Shown piece by piece: positions 61,701 through 64,000 of a stretch of DNA of 64,000 nucleotides. The stretch spans positions 85,002,001 through 85,066,000 of the forward strand of contig OZ024744.1 in the NCBI GenBank assembly GCA_964016885.1, written 5' to 3'. The notes below the pieces were generated by a model. The model saw only the letters and a list, made by a program, of their open reading frames with translations, had not been told where the DNA came from and did not search any database. Source of the stretch: Eledone cirrhosa (Eukaryota). How positions within the stretch are numbered: position 1 is the first letter of the stretch; each line of letters begins with the position of its first letter. The translations under genes were made by a program, and so were the position numbers.

Positions 61701-62185
61701 CAAACAGACCGAAAAATAGATGCAAATAGACCTGATATAATATTGAAGGACTTTCAAAAGAGGGTATGCCTGCTAATTGATATGTCTGTTCCAATAGACA
61801 AGAATGTATCTATAAAAACATTTGAAAAATTGAGCAAGTATAAGGACCTGGAGATAGAAATTGGAAAAATGTGGAAATTGAGAACTAAAACAATACCAGT
61901 GGTTGTAGGCGCTCTGGGAATGATACCTAAGGGGTCTAATGACTACTTATCGCAAATCCCAGGAAACCCGCGTATAGGAGAAATAAAAAAGATAGTACTA
62001 ATGGGAACTGCCCATATACTAAGGAAGATTCTGTCAATATAAGTACATCACAAGTCTAAACACTAAAGATGCATGTGTGAATATGTATGTTCTTTCTTGA
62101 ACATGGCGGACCTTGTTGTCTCTTGAGGTCACTGGTTGTGACTTGGTGATAACTCGTATGAACATAAAGCAAGATAAATGCAACT

Positions 62186-62222
<37 letters not shown>
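58778..62222 (+). mobile_element. Second Dong/R4 family, 5' truncated and disrupted, with (TAA)n tail
   Basis: ORF pieces 58968-59375, 59458-61026 and 61035-62042 with NYRPITCL, FQGDSLSP, YMDD, CRVC..HIISMC and RPDII. It has a stop, frameshifts and a KAFD>KAFY change. Confidence 0.93.
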
Positions 62223-62223
<1 letters not shown>

Positions 62224-62665
62224 TTCTTTATTGGCCACAAGGGCTGACATCAAGAAAAACATCACAGACGGAACAGGACGGTACGATGTGGGTTTTGTGC
62301 GTGTAAATATTTTTATTATTTATATAAGAAAAGACATAAAACATATATATATATATAAACAATAAAATGAAAATTGAAACAATGAAAAATTCCCCAATAG
62401 GGGGAAACCTCCGAGGGTTACTCGTGGCGAAAACCAGACAAAAGACCACGGCCACCCAGACTACCAGGGCAAGCGACCTCTCTCAATTTTTCCATCTCTC
62501 AAACTACAGACGTATATTCAGAGTGGTCCCGTTCACTGGGACCATTCTCGCTACATTCACCCACCTTTCAACAAACTTGCTAGAAAGCAGCACTTGCCTC
62601 TCCACCCTGATTTTCCTCTTCAAGTGAAACTTGAAAAAGTTAATTAGGGATTCGCCGAAGAGGGA
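62222..62665 (-). mobile_element. Tx1/L1-like 3' end fragment
   Basis: Tail CTTGTGGCCAATAAAGAAATT(ATT)n, with terminal coding FVERWVNVARMVPVNGT. Confidence 0.8.
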
Positions 62666-62795
62666 ATAATAATAATGCTTTCTTTATTAACCACAAGGGT
62701 TTACATAAAGTAGACATTAAGGACAGTACAGGACAATACAGGACGGTACAAATGGGCATTTTTGCGTGTAAAAAAAACAGAGGATGTAATAAAAA

Positions 62796-62835
<40 letters not shown>

Positions 62836-63146
62836 ACATATATATTATTTTGCTTTCCATGCCCTTGATAACCCGCTCAGGGCGAAACGTACGTAGGTGC
62901 ACAATTATATAAACATGTTTTAACGGTTTTAAACTCTTTGTATTCATTTCCTTTATAATCGCTCTGCTTATTTTTTCTCGCCTACTAAATATTAACGCGT
63001 CTAATATTTAACCCTGTAGGCACGAGTATTGAGTACACATACATAAACTATTGGCAACTAAATATCTGTATCGACCATCTTTAAAATTCTCTTCTCTCTC
63101 TCGATACCTAATCATTCTATGTATATATATATATATGTATATATAC

Positions 63147-63265
<119 letters not shown>

Positions 63266-63278
63266 TATGTATATATAT

Positions 63279-63445
63279 ATATTGTTATACTTTGGGAGGG
63301 TCATGTTGCCAATAAGAAACACACGCACCAGTTGCTTTCACTTCAATTTATTATATATTTATAAATTCATAAATTTACAAATCTACAAACTTATAAATTA
63401 TAAATTTCTGGTTGGCAACATGACCCTCCCAAAGTATAACAATAT
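63279..63445. repeat. Inverted repeat, ~34-bp arms, between (TA)n tracts
   Basis: ATATTGTTATACTTTGGGAGGGTCATGTTGCCAA versus TTGGCAACATGACCCTCCCAAAGTATAACAATAT. Confidence 0.9.
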
Positions 63446-63582
63446 CGGTTTCAACACACGATTTCAGATAAAGAATCTTGCTAAACAAATTCAGAAACGA
63501 AATATATATATATATATATAGTTTTAATATAGATGAGATTCTACAGGACTAGAACTGTTTCATCGATTCAACCCGGAATAAC

Positions 63583-63652
<70 letters not shown>

Positions 63653-63654
63653 AC

Positions 63655-63759
<105 letters not shown>

Positions 63760-64000
63760 CATATATATATATATACATACATATGTATATATATATATAT
63801 ATATACATATGTATATATATATGTATATACATATTGGAAAATGTGTGTAATCCTTGGTACAGTTAGGTATATTAAGACAGGGGGGATGAAAAAAAAATGG
63901 CTTCACTTGTGCTTTCAACAAATTTATTTTCTTCACAAAATCCATAAAGAATTTTTTTCCGGATTAGAAAAAATTTTCTTAAAAATTTTTTTTTATAAAT

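Overview
Eukaryotic, repeat-saturated non-coding or intronic DNA, most likely from a coleoid cephalopod (octopod). That assignment is inferred from the SINE families, the Dong/R4, RTE, Tx1 and Penelope repertoire and the extreme microsatellite density. Most ORFs in the supplied track are microsatellite artefacts. Real content: a 31-bp dimeric minisatellite; two inverted copies of a non-autonomous Helitron; two tRNA-derived SINE families (about 25 copies); Naiad-type Penelope-like elements (RT plus GIY-YIG); three Dong/R4 non-LTR families (one intact 1130-aa ORF with a (TAA)n tail, one decayed (TAA)n family, one family stacked in (TACA)n); a decayed near full-length Tx1/L1 element and fragments; CRE, RTE and Tc1/mariner remnants; and one probable host exon encoding an N-terminal transmembrane segment. 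The most striking hidden layer is about a dozen minimal type-I hammerhead ribozyme motifs with palindromic stem III, sitting in short fold-back elements next to (TA)n tracts.
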